From contig OX597839.1 of NCBI GenBank assembly GCA_951406725.2, positions 28,396,001-28,460,000 of the forward strand: a stretch of 64,000 nucleotides of DNA, written 5' to 3'. The DNA comes from Octopus vulgaris. Lineage: Eukaryota. Position 1 is the first letter of the stretch. Each line of letters begins with the position of its first letter. The translations under genes were made by a program, and so were the position numbers. The notes below the pieces were generated by a model that saw only the letters and a program-made list of their open reading frames with translations, had not been told where the DNA came from and did no database searches. This document shows, piece after piece, positions 1 to 59,164 of this stretch.

Positions 1-17
1 TATTCTATGCTTTTTAA

Positions 18-642
18 CAGTGGTTCTCAAATGGGATCCATATTAACCTCAGGGACCCACATAAGATTTTGTTGTTAAAATTTATCTCCAATATTTTTAT
101 TTTTTTTATACAATTCTTAATAATTGGCATGTAAAAAGCACCATTTGAGCGTGATCATTATCAGTGTCGCCTTACTGGCACTTTTGCCAGTGGCACGTGA
201 AAAAACATTCGAGCGAGGTCATTGTCAGTGCCACTGGATTGGCTCCTGTGCAGGTGGCACATAAAAAACACCATTTGAGCATGGCCATTGCCAGTATCTC
301 CTGACTGGCCCTCATGCCGGTGGCATGAGGGCCAGTCATCCACTACACTCTCGGCACCCACTACACTCTCGGAGTGGTTGGCATTAGGAAGGGCATCCAG
401 CTGTAGAAACTCTGCCAGCTCAGATTGGAGCCTGGTGCAGCCATCTGGTTCGCCAGTCCTCAGTCAAAATCGTCTAACCCATGCTAGCATGGAAAGCAAA
501 CATTAAACGATGATGATGATGATGATTTCATAAGAAAAATACAGAAAGATTTTTTTAATACCCATCGAATGACTCTGAGGGTTCAGTAGAGTAAAATAGG
601 AATTAAAGGGGTCCATAGGGAAAAAATGGTTGAGAACCACTG
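18..642. mobile_element. hAT (Charlie-like) MITE with a SINE inserted at ~126-525
   Basis: TIRs CAGTGGTTCTCAA (18-30) / TTGAGAACCACTG (630-642); related copies at ~24657-24914 and ~26828-27727. Confidence 0.65.
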
Positions 643-1157
643 TGTTAGAGCAATGTGAAATAAAGTGCTTTGCTCAAGAACACAACGTGCCACCAGTCCA
701 GTAATTGAACCCATAATCTGGCCCTTATGAATGCAACACCTTAACCACAAGGCCACATGCCGAGATATTGACTCACAGAAAACCCCTATTTCTTCTTCTC
801 CTTCAGCCCTTTGAAATTTCGTTTCCTGCCCACATTTTTATTTTATTTTATTTTTGTAACCCCCTGCAGATGTCAACTTCCAGATGTTACTAACCAAACA
901 TCTGGTGGACTGGCAGGGAGGGGGGAGTTATGAGTTCTTCCACATCCTGAGATGATGACCTCTCAGAATCATGGCAGGGGTTTTTCCATTTCCATTTCCT
1001 GCTACTGACCAACTAACAACATCAGATCAGATGCCTCGACAGTATTTCATTTTTCTGGCTCTTTGTGTTCCAAGTTCAAATCCCACCATGGCCTACATGA
1101 AGTGGTAACCTTAATCCATTGCCAGGTTTTACATCACCACCACCACTTTGTTGCAAG

Positions 1158-2420
1158 AAGTTTAGGACATTTAAACCCGCCCCCTCCCATGGACAGTAAC
1201 CCTCCAAGGACAATTACTCCCTAAGCAGTTAACCCTTGATGTGTACCGTATTTTTCGGTGTAGAAGCTGCTATTTTTTACAAACGTGGCCGATGCCAGCG
1301 CCGCCTTGACTGGCTTCTGTGCCGGTGGCACATAAATAGCACCAACCAATCGTGGCCGCTGCCAGCCTCCCCTGGCACCTTTGCCGGTGGCATGTAAAAA
1401 GGACCCACTACACTCACGGAGTGGTAGGCATTAGGAAGAGCATCCAGCTGTAGAAACATAGCCAGATCAGATTGAAGCCTGGTACATCCTCTTGGCTTCC
1501 CAGACCCCGGTTGAACCGTCCAACCTGTGTTAGCATGGATAATGGACGTTAAATGATGATGATGATTGATTTCAACAGCGATACTAAGAGGACAAAGAGT
1601 TTTCAATCTCTATGAGAATGATAGCTGCTTTAGCTTTTGTTCCTCCTTGTGATGTTGAAAAAAAACTTTGGAAACCTTACGTGAAATGTGGAAGCACTCC
1701 GTCGGTTACGACGATGAGGGTTCCGGTTGATCCGAATCAACGGAAAAGCCTGCTCGTGAAATTAACGTGTAAGTGGCTGAGCACTCCACAGACACGTGTA
1801 CCCTTAACGTAGTTCTCGGGGAATCGAAACCGCGATCCTATGACCGTGAGTCCGCTGCCCTAACCACTGGGCCATTGCGCCTCCACTTATGTGAAATACA
1901 CCCACCAGAAACATATCCCTTGCAAGAATACTTTGAGGATACATACTTAGGACGACCATGTTGAAGAGGAAGACTGCAAGAACCAGTGTTTGGAATGGAT
2001 CTATGGAATATGTAGAACAGAACATTGGATGAACTTCCAAGAACAAAGAATGTTGTGGAAGGGTGGTACAGGAGTTTTTTGGGGTTTATTTTTATCAAAT
2101 GCTGGTTGTTGCCACCCAAACATTTGGAAGGTTTTAAAAGAGAGCAAGCATTACAACAGGTACTTACGACTCAATCCTTGACGGGTTTTGCTAAACAGCC
2201 ATTGAGAACAAAATATTTACATGTTTCAGCCTGTATTAATGCCGTAATTAGCAATTATGAAAACATAAATGTGATACAATATTTGCGAGGAATCACATAT
2301 AATTTGCACTTTTTGATGATGATTTAAAACTTAATATATTGGAGAGTGGGTAATTAACCAAGCAGGGTAATTGTCTGGGGGGGAAGGTATTTGTCATCGG
2401 AGGGGAGTTGTCCTGATATG
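1158..2420 (+). mobile_element. Degenerate Mutator-like (MULE) DNA transposon with nested SINEs
   Basis: Broken ORF pieces ALAFVPP, EYFEDTYLG, LPRTKNVVEGW, HPNIW match the MULE transposase C-terminal region; ggacaatta/taattgtc subterminal inverted motifs; GTTGCAAG direct repeat at 1150-1157 and 2421-2428. Confidence 0.7.
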
Positions 2421-2582
2421 GTTGCAAGGATTTGATCTGGGTTTCTGGTTTGAGGGTACTTCAATCTCTCCCTCCCGCTCTCCTTTCATATCTCCTATCC
2501 TTCAGAGAAGAATGGAAAGTGGAAAGTAATAACATCAGAAAAATACCTTAAGAATGAGAACCCAGGTTAGAAATTCTGCCAG

Positions 2583-2628
2583 GACACCTGAAGAAGGCTG
2601 GAGAGTAAATCAGCCGAAACATTGTGTT
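2583..2628 (+). ncRNA. Minimal type I hammerhead ribozyme motif (family H1) in a short interspersed element at ~2525-2710
   Basis: gacac-CTGAAGA-a-GGCTG..CAGCC-GAAA-catt-gtgtt; stem I gacac/gtgtt, stem II GGCTG/CAGCC; homologous copies at 16959 (-) and 17214 (+). Confidence 0.65.
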
Positions 2629-3313
2629 AACAATAAACAAGATGAGGACAAATGTCCATCAAATGTAAATAATGTACATAATTCTTCATCTCTTAAATAA
2701 ATATAGAATTGTAAAAGAAATAGGAGGAGCAATCCTGACAGAAATGCCTGTATTGAGTCTGTTTATATGCTGGATATGTGTGTGGAGATACTTGCTCAAG
2801 ATGGTAAGCAGTAGCATCAAACAAGGTCCCTCGTTAATGCGAAGCGAACTTTTATACCCTTCAGCTATTAAACACACACACACACACACACACACATACA
2901 GACATACATACACATATGCATACACACACATACACACACAGATACATACACATGCATACACACATACACATTCACAAAAACATGCACATACATACAAACA
3001 AATGTACACTCATACATACACATTCACAATACGCACACACTCACTCTCACACACATGCATCCACATACACACACATACACACACACATGCATGCATGTAC
3101 ATACACAATCACAAGCACGTACACACACACAAATGCAAATACATACAAACAAATGCACACACACACAATCTCACAAACACATACACACACATACACAAAC
3201 GCACATTCACACAAACATACACACACACACAAACTCAAATACACATACACACACAAACACACTCACAGACTCACACACACACAAACACACACACACATAC
3301 TCACAAACTCAAA

Positions 3314-3348
<35 letters not shown>

Positions 3349-3654
3349 AAAGCAAATTAAGATAAAATTTTCCTGAAAATCTTTTGTTTATTTTTAAAGA
3401 GGAATTCCTTGTTTCCTTCCCCCCACCCTGCACTTTTTTGATTTTTTTTTTGTTTTTGCTTCCATTTTGAGCTCTCAGAATGTCTTCCCTCTGAACAAAT
3501 CCTGGAGATTGATTCCAGTTTTCTTTGAGAAAAGTGTAAAAGACTTCCTCCCACATGAACCATTAATGGAAGCATTGTTTAGGAAGAACAGGTTTCAGAC
3601 ATTGAAGTTGTGATAACAACTTACAATGGGAAGCAGACATATTTGTCATCGCTT

Positions 3655-3883
3655 CCAGCACCACCAACGCCATCATCGCCAATAATTCCAACAGCACCAC
3701 CACCACCAACAACAATAACAGCCATCGGCACCTCTAATACCATCACCACTACCACCAACACCACCACCACCAACAACAACCATCGGCACCACTGATACCA
3801 TCACCACCACCACTACCACCAACAACCATCAGTACCTCTAATACCATCACCACTACCACCAACACCACCACCACCAACACCAC

Positions 3884-3915
<32 letters not shown>

Positions 3916-4850
3916 CCATCACCACCACCACTACCACCAACAACAACCATCAGTACCTCTAATACCATCACCGCAACCATCTCCAACACCACCGACACCA
4001 CCACCACTACCATCAGCACTTCTGATGCCACCACCGACACCACCATCATCACCATTAACAACGCCATCGCCACTGCCAACTCCAACACCACGCCACCACC
4101 AACACCACCGCCACCTCCTGTATCAACAACAACAACATCACCACCAGCACCACCGCCTCTGCCACAAATACCACCACCAGCACCACCAAACCAAACCTGT
4201 CAACTAACAGTCATCATCACCATCATCATCGCATTAATAAGAGGAGGAGGAGGAGGGGGAGGAGGAGGAAATAATCCGAATAAATCAAAGTCAGAATGGT
4301 AAAAAAAAGAAAAAGCAAAAAAAAAAAAATAACAAACAAGAAAAAAAGATGATGAAAGCCAAAAGAAATTTAAAATAAAAAAATATAAATATCTATAACA
4401 AGAAAAACGTAAAACAAAAGAAAATAAGCGAAAATTGTTTGGAATAAGAAGTAATTGTGGTCGGAGGGGGGTTAGGAGATAAATCAACCTAATTTCACCA
4501 TCACCCAGCCCGTCCCACCTGCCCGATCATCATCATCATCAGCATCATCATCATTGCCACTATCAATATCATCTTTATCAGCACTGTGGTCATCGACCTC
4601 GCCACCACCACCACCACCACCACTAACAACAACAACAACAACAAAACCACTGGCATTACCCCCACCACCTGTCATCATCACCATCCATTATCTTCATCGG
4701 CACCACCACCACCACCATCATCATCACCACCATCACCATAAACATTATCATTGCTGTCATCATCATCATCATTACCATCACTACCATCATCACCACCACC
4801 ACCACCATCATCATCAACATCACCACCAACACCATTATCATTGTTGTCAC
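3655..4850. repeat. Compound (CAC/CAA/CAT)n trinucleotide repeats
   Basis: Direct reading; a (GTA/GCA/GTG)n field also lies at ~10305-10990. Confidence 0.9.
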
Positions 4851-5370
4851 CATCTGGCAAAAATTCAAAGGGGCCTGTAATTCAAAGGGGCTAGCCTTTT
4901 TATATTCTGTGTCATGCTGAATCTCCCCGAGAGCTGCATTAGGGTTATGCATGTCTGTGGAGTACTCAGCCACTTGTATGTAATTTCATGAGCACTTGTA
5001 TGTAATTTCATGTTCTGTTGATTGGATCAACTGGAACCCTCATTGCCCTAACCAACAAAACACCAGTTTATTTCATGTTGCTCCTGTCCCCTAATTTGGC
5101 AAAAATGGGTTTTACCAGTAATTCAAAGGGGGCCAGCCTTGTCACATTCTGCATCATGTCGAATCACCCTGAGAACTACATTAAGGATACATGTGTCTAT
5201 GGAATACTCATCCACATACATGTTCATTTTACAAGCAGGTTGTTTGGTTGATCAGACCAACAGGGACCCCCATTTTCGTAACCGAAGTGCACAGCTAGCA
5301 AAAATGAGTTATACCCGTAATTCAAAAGGGGCCAGCCTTCTCACATTCTGTGTCACACTGAATCTCTCTG

Positions 5371-5775
5371 AGCAGGAGTGGCTGAGTGGTAAGTCGCTTG
5401 CTTACGAACGACATGGTTCTGGGTTCAGTCCCACTGCGTGGCACCTTGGGCAAGTGTCTTCTACTATAGCCTCGGGCCAACCAAAGCCTTGTGAGTGGAT
5501 TTGGTAGACGGAAACTGAAAGAAGCCCGTCATATATATGTATATATATATATGTGTGTCTGTGTTTGTGTGTCTGTGTTTGTCCCCCTAGCATTGCTTGA
5601 CAACCGATGCTGGTGTGTTTATGTCCCCATTACTTAGCGGTTTGGCAAAAGAGACCGATTGAATAAGTACTGGGCTTCCAAAAGAATAAGTCCTGGGGTC
5701 AACTTGCTCGATTAAAGGCGGTGCTCCAGCATGGCCGCAGTCAAATGACTGAAACAAGTAAAAGAGTAAAAGAGT
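5371..5775 (+). mobile_element. tRNA-derived SINE family A (internal TA/TG microsatellite, AAAAGAGT tail)
   Basis: A box TGGCTGAGTGG, B box GGTTCAGTCC; copies at ~6279-6685, 11685-12630, 17675-18080(-), 20618-21010(-), 38700-39050, 46730-47445(-), 56030-56417(-), 60425-60540. Confidence 0.85.
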
Positions 5776-6080
5776 ATGTCTACGGAGCACTCGGCCACTT
5801 CCACATTAATTTCACAAACAGGCTGTTCCATTAATTAGGATCAGCTGGCACCCTCGTCATTATAACCAACGGAATACCTGTCAATACATATAATGCACTC
5901 CCACATAGATTTCTTCTACCAAAGGTCATAGGTCAGCCCAGGGCTTTTATAGAAGGTGTTGCACAGTGGGACGGAACCTGAAACCATGAAGTTGCAAAGC
6001 AAACTTCTTCCTTCCACAGCCATGATTACACCAATATTGTTATTTTTGTTAAACTTTTATTGTTTTGTTATGTTTTCCAG

Positions 6081-50640
<44,560 letters not shown>

Positions 50641-50785
50641 GTATGCACTCTTTGATTGATGGTCCATATTTTTTGTCTTTTGTTTTTGGTTTTCCTTTTT
50701 ACGTTAATTTTTCTTTCTTTCTCTCTCTCTCTCTCTCTCATCCTCTGTCTTTCTCTTTCTTTCCCTCTCTCATCTTCTTTATCTT

Positions 50786-50817
<32 letters not shown>

Positions 50818-51409
50818 ACTCTCATTCTCTCTGTATATGTCTATCTCTTTCCTTCCTGTTTCATCATTCTCTTTCATATTTTCTCCCTCTGCCTCTCTCT
50901 CTCTCTCTCTCTGTCACACACATATACACACACAAACACCTACACACATACACAGATACACACACATATACACACACAAACACCTACACACATACACACA
51001 CATATACACACACGAACACCTACACACATACACAGATACACACACATATACACACACAAACACATACACACATATACACACAAACACATAGACATACACA
51101 CGTGCACATGGAGACACACACACACACACTTGTGTGCACATGGAGGTGCACAATCACTCCCATACACACAGACACACACACACAGTCACACACACACACA
51201 CACACATTCACATGGAGACACACACAAACACTCACACATCCACACAGACACACAGACACAGACACATACTATTAGAACCACCATTCTAGTCCCATGCCAT
51301 TTTGCCAGTGGTTCTCTGGTTCACCCTGCCATCTGACTGGTAGTAGTTGTTTCCATGTCATACCACTATAGCTAATGGTTGTTTGTCTGTGGTAGTTAAA
51401 CACTGATTG

Positions 51410-51960
51410 TATCATACCATCCAACCCTTATCGAGAATATATCATACCACCAGGTCAATGGTTGTGACTGTGTTACCATTTAACCAGTGGTGATATGTGT
51501 CATACCATCTCACCAACGCTTGTGGCTGTGTCATACCATCTGACCAACGCTTGTGGCTGTGTCATACCATCTAACTACTGGTTAGGGGTCATAGCATCTA
51601 ACCAATGGTTATGGCTGTGTGCCATACCATCTAGCCATTGGTTGTGGCTGTTGTCGTATCCAATTATCTAGCTTGTGGTTATGTGTTATACCATCTGTGG
51701 TTGTGGCTTCACCATACCATCTGACAAGTGGTTTTGTCATACCAACTGATGAGTGGTTTTGTCATACTGTCTGTGATTGTGGCTTTTTCATACCATCTGT
51801 GGTTGTGGTTTCACCATACCATCTCACAAGTAGCTTTGTCATACCATCTAACCAGTGTGTGTGTTACACAAATTGACCAGTACTTTTGTCCATACCATCT
51901 TACCATTGGTTATATCTATGTCATACCAGCTAACCAGTGGTTGTGCAATACCATCTGACC
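51410..51960. repeat. Diverged ~30-33-bp tandem repeat
   Basis: Recurrent CATACCATCT..TGTGGCTGTGT units. Confidence 0.8.
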
Positions 51961-52099
51961 TATCTTCACTTAAATATATATAGCTGCAAAGAAGTTCTTT
52001 TATTCATTTATTTTTACCTTTTTTATCATCATTGAAATTTTGTTGTTTTGTTTTATCATTTTGAATTACTTTATAATAATAACGATGATAATAATATGC

Positions 52100-52436
52100 T
52101 GAGACCCCCTTTGGTCATGACTGACCATGGGATTGCATCTAGAAAGTTACCCTCCCAGACACAAGTCCAGGCAAGGGTTGTTTATGGAAGACCAGCAGTC
52201 AGCCAACCATACCAGCCTCCTGTCTCCACGCCACCAATGTTATCCAAGGAAAAGGCAAAGGCCGATACAGTTTAGCACCAGTGACACCAGAACTCATTTC
52301 TACAACCGAGTCAACTGGAACAACGTGAAATAAAGTGTCTTGCTCAAGAACACAACACGAGCCCAGTCCGGGATTCGAACTCACAACCTCACAATTGTAA
52401 GCTTGATGCTCTAACCACTGAGCCATGTGCCTTCAC
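52100..52436 (-). mobile_element. tRNA-derived SINE family D
   Basis: Minus strand TGGCTCAGTGGTTAGAGC..GAGTTCGAATCCC head, CTTGAGCAAGACACTT core; copies at ~6781, 14845, 42450(-). Confidence 0.8.
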
Positions 52437-52489
52437 TTGAAAATAATAATAATAATAATAATAATAAAAATAACAACAACAACAATAAT

Positions 52490-52866
52490 TTTTTGCATGG
52501 TGATCGACATAGCATGTCCCGATGACAAGATCAATGAAAGAAGAAAAAGTGGACAACTCTGATGATTTGAAGTGGGAAATAGGAAGGTTGTGGTCAATGA
52601 AGAGTGTAGACGTGATACCAATCGTAATTGGTGCACTTGGAAGTATCTCCACTCAGCTACCAACATTGGCTGGAAAAGATCGGTGCAAGGGGGAAGGTAG
52701 AACAGCTACAAAAAAAGCATTGATTGGAACTGCAAGAATTCTTTGCAGGGTTCTTGAAGCATGACCAGTAAACAAGTGTCACCTCGGTCTGCTGGCTGTG
52801 GACACCTGACCCCCTTTCCATCATACCCAGCAAAATAAGCTGTGAGGTTTCATCTAATAATAATAA
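52490..52866 (+). mobile_element. R4/Dong-like LINE 3' fragment in (TAA)n
   Basis: IDIACP..DLKWEIGRLW..VIPIVIGALG..GTARIL, frameshifted; (TAA)n at both sides; more decayed copy at ~54150-54520. Confidence 0.8.
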
Positions 52867-53078
52867 TCCTTCCTACTAAAGACACAAGGCCTGAAATTTG
52901 TGGGGACAGGGACTAGTTGATTACATCGACCCCAGTATTTCACTGGTACTCAATTTATTGACTCTGAAAGGATGAAAGGCAAAGTCAACCTCAGTGGAAT
53001 TTGAACTCAGAACATAAGGATTGGCGAAATGCCGCTAAGCATTTTGCCTGGTGTGTTAAGGATTCTGCCAGCTCACTG

Positions 53079-53125
<47 letters not shown>

Positions 53126-53551
53126 TTTTCAAATTTTGGTACGAGGCCAGTAAGTTCAGGGAAAACAGTTAATCAGGTACATCACCCCCGCCCCCCAGTA
53201 CTCAGCTGGTACTTATTTTATCAACCCCCAAAAGACTAAAAGGTAGAGTCAATCACGGTAGAATTTGAAATCAGAATGTAAAGATGGCTGAAAAACTGTT
53301 AAGTAATGTGTCCTGTATGCTAATGATTGAACCAGCTCACTACCTCAATAATCCTTTGTACAGAAATTTTGGTGAGGGGCCAGTCGATTAGACCAACCCC
53401 ACTATGCAACTGATACTTAATTTATTGACCCCGAAAGGATGAAAGGCAAAGTTGACTTCAGTGGAATTTGAACTTAGAACATAAAGACAGATGAAATACC
53501 GCTAAGCGTTTTGCCCAGTGTGCTAATGATTCAGCTCACTGCCTTAAGGAA

Positions 53552-53585
<34 letters not shown>

Positions 53586-53599
53586 GACAAAACAACGTA

Positions 53600-54091
53600 T
53601 CTTGTACATTGTTTTGTCTTGGTATAAAAGATGGGCTACAGCAAATATTCTGCTCAATACCACAGATTTGCTTGTCAGTTGTTTGACCTTAACCAGTGGA
53701 GCATGTCCCTTAGTGGCTGATTGATATGTGCATCTCTGATCATGAGCAGAAGTAGTGGGGGAGCATCATAGCCATGTGTTGAGAGGAATTCTTTGGAGTT
53801 TGGATAATCCACCTCTGGAAACATGGGTGTTTCGTTCAACATCCTTAAACTACCCTTATTCAGGGACATTTTGAGCAGGATGGGTTACTCGACCAGAAGA
53901 AAATTCTAACTGGGCCCCACCTGCAAAGTCATGTGCTGTTTATCTTGATATGAGATCACCATGGTGCATACATATGGTTGTGATGCATGTGCCTAGTGTA
54001 CCCTTATCAGACGGGTAGTCATGATGGGTATACTGGGCTTCGTATATTTTACCCCAGTGTCACTTTGATGGCATGCACTGCTCTCTCACTC
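53600..54091 (-). mobile_element. Unclassified interspersed repeat associated with (ATT)n/(TAA)n
   Basis: Homologous segments at ~19283-19450, 22520-22822, 26510-26580, all next to ATT repeats. Confidence 0.7.
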
Positions 54092-54106
54092 AATAATAAT
54101 AAGTAA

Positions 54107-54147
<41 letters not shown>

Positions 54148-55339
54148 ATAAGGGTGCTTTGGGATGTCAGCCAAGTATGTGGATTCAAGAGGATAGAAGA
54201 AATGGTTACGAACACAGGCCAGAGGCTGTAATGGGGGATAATAATTATAGGGTTTTGAGGGGGTTTTCCATGAAAGTAAGGAGACCAGATATGATCGTAG
54301 AGGGCAAAACAAAACAAAAAAAGGAAGGGGTAGAAGAAAGGAAAGTAAACAAGGTAAAAATGAAAGATTTTGTAATACCATATGAGGGCAGAATGGATAT
54401 TAAAGGAATTGAGAAAGATCAAGAATTAGGCAGAGAGAGATGAGGAGATTGTGGAATGCTGAGATGAAGAATTGTTCCTGTTGTAATTGTTGTGCTTGGC
54501 ACAACAACCAAACTGATGCCTATTGGGAAATGAGACCCACCTGTAGAAAAATACCATCCTGCATTCTTCATACAGCAGTTCTTTGGGGATTCTCCCATCT
54601 GACATGTGTTGTACAAAACTGGACCTTTCAATTACAGATACAATCCATCAAATAGGCTTCCTTGCAGTCTCCTCTCAACCCATTTTCATTTACAAGGCTT
54701 GGGTTAACTCAAGACTGTAATAAAAACATTTGACCAAGATGTCACACAGTGAGATTGAACCCAAGACCCTGTGATAGCAAAGCAAACATCTTAACCATTA
54801 GGCCATGCATCCAGAGTAATGGACTCCAGTGAAACTCCCACTGGCCCTTAGAACAATCCCATGTAAAAAAAAAAAAAACCCTTTGAATAATTTACTTATG
54901 GCTTGCAGATTTCACACAAATAATTTGATGATGATGATGATGTCTTCCTTAGCTTGTTTTAGCCACCATGCAAGACCCTGCTGGAGCACTGCCTTTATGT
55001 AGTATCATAGCTGTAGTCGTTGTTGTAGTTGTTATTTTTATTTCCACTTTTTTCGCATTGTTGTTGTTATTGTTGTCGCTGTGAATGTATGAGCTCCAGT
55101 CAGCTGTCATCTGAGATGACCTTTGACCTGTATTAATCAGTTAATCACTTTGAAATTAACAACAAATTCAACAGAATGTAAAACAAGGTTTGGTTTCACA
55201 AACAGAGATTCACAAAGGAGACACTGTCCACGTCAACTGCGAGCCCTCTAGTGGCTGATGAAGACAACAAAGGAAAATAGGAGGCCCAGCTGCAGCAACT
55301 GCAAGGAAAATTCTGTTCTGGATACACAGGTTCAATACC

Positions 55340-55579
55340 TATTTCTTTACTACCCACAAGGGGCTAAATACAGAGAGGACAAACAAGGAAAGACAAACGG
55401 ATTAAGTCGATTATATCGACCCCAGTGCGTAACTGGTACTTATTTAATCGACCCCGAAAGGATGAAAGGCAAAGTCGACCTCGGGGGAATTTGAACTCAG
55501 AACGTAACGGCTGACGAAATGCCGCGAAGCATTTCGCCCGGCGCGCTAACGTTTCTGCCAGCTCGCCACCTTTCAATAC
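55340..55579 (-). mobile_element. SINE family B copy with 13-bp target-site duplication
   Basis: CAGGTTCAATACC at 55327-55339 and 55580-55592; CpG-rich, hence probably young. Confidence 0.85.
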
Positions 55580-56029
55580 CAGGTTCAATACCACTATATC
55601 ACAATTCATCCCCAATCTCTTTCTTGGCCCTCAAAGACAGCCTCACATACATTCTTGAAGGGGGAGACAGACTGGTGAATGGTAGATCACCATTGGGAGC
55701 AAGAATTAGGCCACTGGCCATGGTCAATGTGGATGACATCAAAGGATTTCTTCAGAACGACACCAATGCAAAGTTATGAAGTCTAGTAAGAAATACTTAT
55801 TTCTTTACCACCCACAAGGAGTTAAACACAGAGAGGACAAACAAGGACAGACAAACGGGTTAAGTTGATTATATTGACCCCAGTGCGTAACTGGTACTTA
55901 TTTAATCGACCCCGAAAGGATGAAAGGCAAAGTCAACCTCGGTGGAATTTGAACTCAGAACATAGCGGCAGACGAAATACCTATTTCTTTACTACCCACA
56001 AGGTGTGTGTGTGTGTGTGTGCAAAAAGG

Positions 56030-56417
56030 GTTACCCTTTTACCCTTTTACTTGTTTCAGTCATTTGACTGCGGCCATGCTGGAGCACCGCTTTTAATCGA
56101 GCAACTCGACCCCAGGACTTATTCTTTGTAAGCCCAGTACTTATTCTATCGGTCTCTTTTTGCCGAACCGCTAAGTGATGGGGATATAAACACACCAGCA
56201 TCGGTTGTCAAGCAATGCTAGGGCGACAAACACAGACACACAAACACACACATATACGACGGGCTTCTTTCAGTTTCCGTCTACCAAATCCACTCACAAG
56301 GCTTTGGTCGGCCCGAGGCCATAGTAGAAGACACTTGCCCAAGGTGCCACCCAGTGGGACTTTACCCGGAACCATGTGGTGGGGAGCAAGCTACTTACCA
56401 CACAGTCACTCCTGCGC
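56030..56417 (-). mobile_element. SINE family A copy
   Basis: Reverse complement of family A. Confidence 0.85.
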
Positions 56418-56610
56418 CTTACTCATCTATAATGTAGAATATAAGAAATAAATGAAGCTGGAAATGCATTGAGAATGTATAAGATTTCTTTACTTTAACA
56501 TTAATGCATTCATTAGTGTCTTAATGTTTATAGGAAGAAACCTTTCTTAATGCACACCACGACCATTTTCAACTTCATCATCTACTTCTTGCACACACAC
56601 ACACACACAC

Positions 56611-56665
<55 letters not shown>

Positions 56666-56858
56666 CCCTCTCTCTCTTTCGGAGAGGCACTGAGCAGCTA
56701 TACGCACACATACACACACGGCAGTAACTTCCACCTACCGAATTCAATCACAAAGCTCCGGTCGGCTCGGGGCTATAGTGGAAGACACCTACTCAAAGTG
56801 CCACGCAGTGGGACTGAACCCGAAACCATGTAGCTAGGAAGCAAGCTCCCTAACCACA

Positions 56859-56906
<48 letters not shown>

Positions 56907-56950
56907 ATATACATACATATATATATCCATTCATTCATACATACATACAT

Positions 56951-56998
<48 letters not shown>

Positions 56999-57065
56999 TC
57001 ATACACACACACACACACATATAAAAGGTAGAAAATATTTCAGTGGGGGGAAACACACCTGGTGG

Positions 57066-57251
57066 ATATAAACAAAGAAAGAGAAAAGATGAGAAAACAC
57101 AGAACATTTGTTTTACCTGACTTAAAAGTTGATTAGAGCCAGGACAATAAAGATATTTTACAATCTTTATTGTCCTGGCTCTAATACACTCTTAAGTCAT
57201 GTAAAACAAATGTTCTGTGTTTTCTCATCTTTTCCTTTTCTCTGTTTATAT
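57066..57251. repeat. Foldback inverted repeat
   Basis: Arms 57066-57154 and 57163-57251 (e.g. agagccaggacaataaagat / atctttattgtcctggctct). Confidence 0.85.
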
Positions 57252-57256
57252 ATACA

Positions 57257-57660
57257 CTAGCAGCATAGCCCGGCGTTGCCCGGGTATATAAGAGCCCCTA
57301 GTAGGCAACGACTAATCCCAATCTAGTTCTTTCCCTCTAGGGAACGAAGGCGCATGTGTAGGTTGCAATGTCTTCTCTTTCTCTTCACTCGAATACTTCT
57401 ATGTATACGATGTTCCTAGCTGTCTCCCGACAGAAAATGTGTTGCATATAAAAAGCTTAGATTCTCGACCCCATGTCGAATTTATCGATTTTTTCCAGAA
57501 CTGGGGGAACTTTTCAAAATTTTCGCTGCATTAGTTTTGAATTATGACATTGGGCTATGTGTGTGTCAAGTTTCATCAGAATCAGTTGAAAGCCGTGGTC
57601 AGGGTGAGGGTACAACCTGACAGACACACAGACAGACAAACTGCCGTTTATATATAGAGA
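57257..57660 (-). mobile_element. Non-autonomous Helitron
   Basis: Minus strand starts TC after an A and ends with hairpin CCCGGGCAACGCCGGG then CTAG followed by T. Confidence 0.8.
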
Positions 57661-57857
57661 TATATACATACATACAACACACACACAGACACACAACACA
57701 CACACATATACCATCAATATTTACTTCTGTTGTCCAGGCTGGCATGGGTTGGACGGTGTAACCCGAGGTGGCAAGTTGGGGAGCTGCACCTGACTCCAGC
57801 ATGATTTGGCATGGTTTCTACAGCAGGACGCCCTTCTTAATGCCAAGGGTATCCCTG

Positions 57858-57909
<52 letters not shown>

Positions 57910-58411
57910 TGTGTGTAAATGCATGTAATTTGTATACGAGTGTGCATATATCTAAAAGTGCATGTGCGTGTGCAAATATATATATAAATGCATTTGCACG
58001 TGCACAAACATACATATACATTTACACACATGCACAGGTTTCTGCATGCAAACACGCCACCATCAGCACCGCCGTCACCATTCACCATTCACACCACAGC
58101 ACTTCACCATGGCTTACGGACGTTTCACATTGCTGGCATCTTTTACCATCATTCACTCCTTCCATTTCTTCTCTGCACAACCTCTTCACTCATTCTCTCT
58201 CTCTTCTCTCTCATTCATGCCTCTCTTTCCCCTCCCTCTTCCTCCTACTCTGAGTTTTGTTTGTTTATTTTTTATTTCTTATATATATATATACATATAT
58301 ATACACATATATATATATACATACTTTTGTGTTTGTTTAATTTGCTTGTTTTATTTATTTCCATAGATTTGTCATTTGTTTACTGTTTCCTATATGCAAA
58401 TATACATCCGT

Positions 58412-58447
<36 letters not shown>

Positions 58448-58494
58448 CTTCTTGGGTGTTTGTTTTCTCTACCCTTTAACTTGATATACATATA

Positions 58495-59164
58495 TACAAT
58501 GGTAAGTTAAATATTATCTCCACTTTCCCCATAACATATCTTTATTATTATCACACCACCTTCTGCACCTGCATGCTTATAGTTGGTACTATTGTGGTCA
58601 CATGATTGCAGTTTGCGCCTGATTGCACCCTTTTTTTCTTTCTGGTTTTACAGTGTGAGCATGGCCACTCCTCTAGCAATTTGCACCAAAGAAGAACAAA
58701 GACCGATGATCCAAGAAATGATAATGATGAATCGGTTCACCAGTTCCATCTCACAAGCTTGCTGAATATTCTCATCAGTGGCAGAGGTTGTCCAGTGCCC
58801 TGCTCCCTCTTCATGCATCATGCTTGTCCGACCACTTTTAAACTTCTCGATCCACTCATACAGACTTCTGCGTAGTCGTGCGCTGTCTCTGTATTGTGCT
58901 AAAGGCCTCTGATGAATTTCGGCACCTGACACACCTTCCGACCAGAGAAATCGCATCACTGTTCTTTGTTCTTCTTTGGTGCACATTGAGAGTGGAGCAG
59001 CCATACTTACACTGTAGGACCAGAAAGAAAAATGGCATGATCAGGATTAAACTTCAATCACATGACCACAATAGTACCAACTATAAGCATGCATGCGCAG
59101 AAGGCAGTGCAACAATAATAAAGAAATGTTATAGCGAAAGTGCAGATAATTTTTGACTTCCCCT

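Noticed and set aside
860-960. ctgcag|ATG... considered as an upstream septin exon
   Set aside because: It does not encode the expected GFANLPNQ..RK..KKGF.FTLMVVG segment, which I could not find in the window.
5371-5445. tRNA-like A/B boxes suggesting tRNA genes
   Set aside because: They are SINE heads continuing into repeat bodies; no complete cloverleaf.
55281-55330. EAQLQQLQGK, a coiled-coil-like peptide considered as the last septin exon
   Set aside because: No pyrimidine tract before the AG and no similarity to the expected LRRMQEM motif; the final exon is probably beyond the window.
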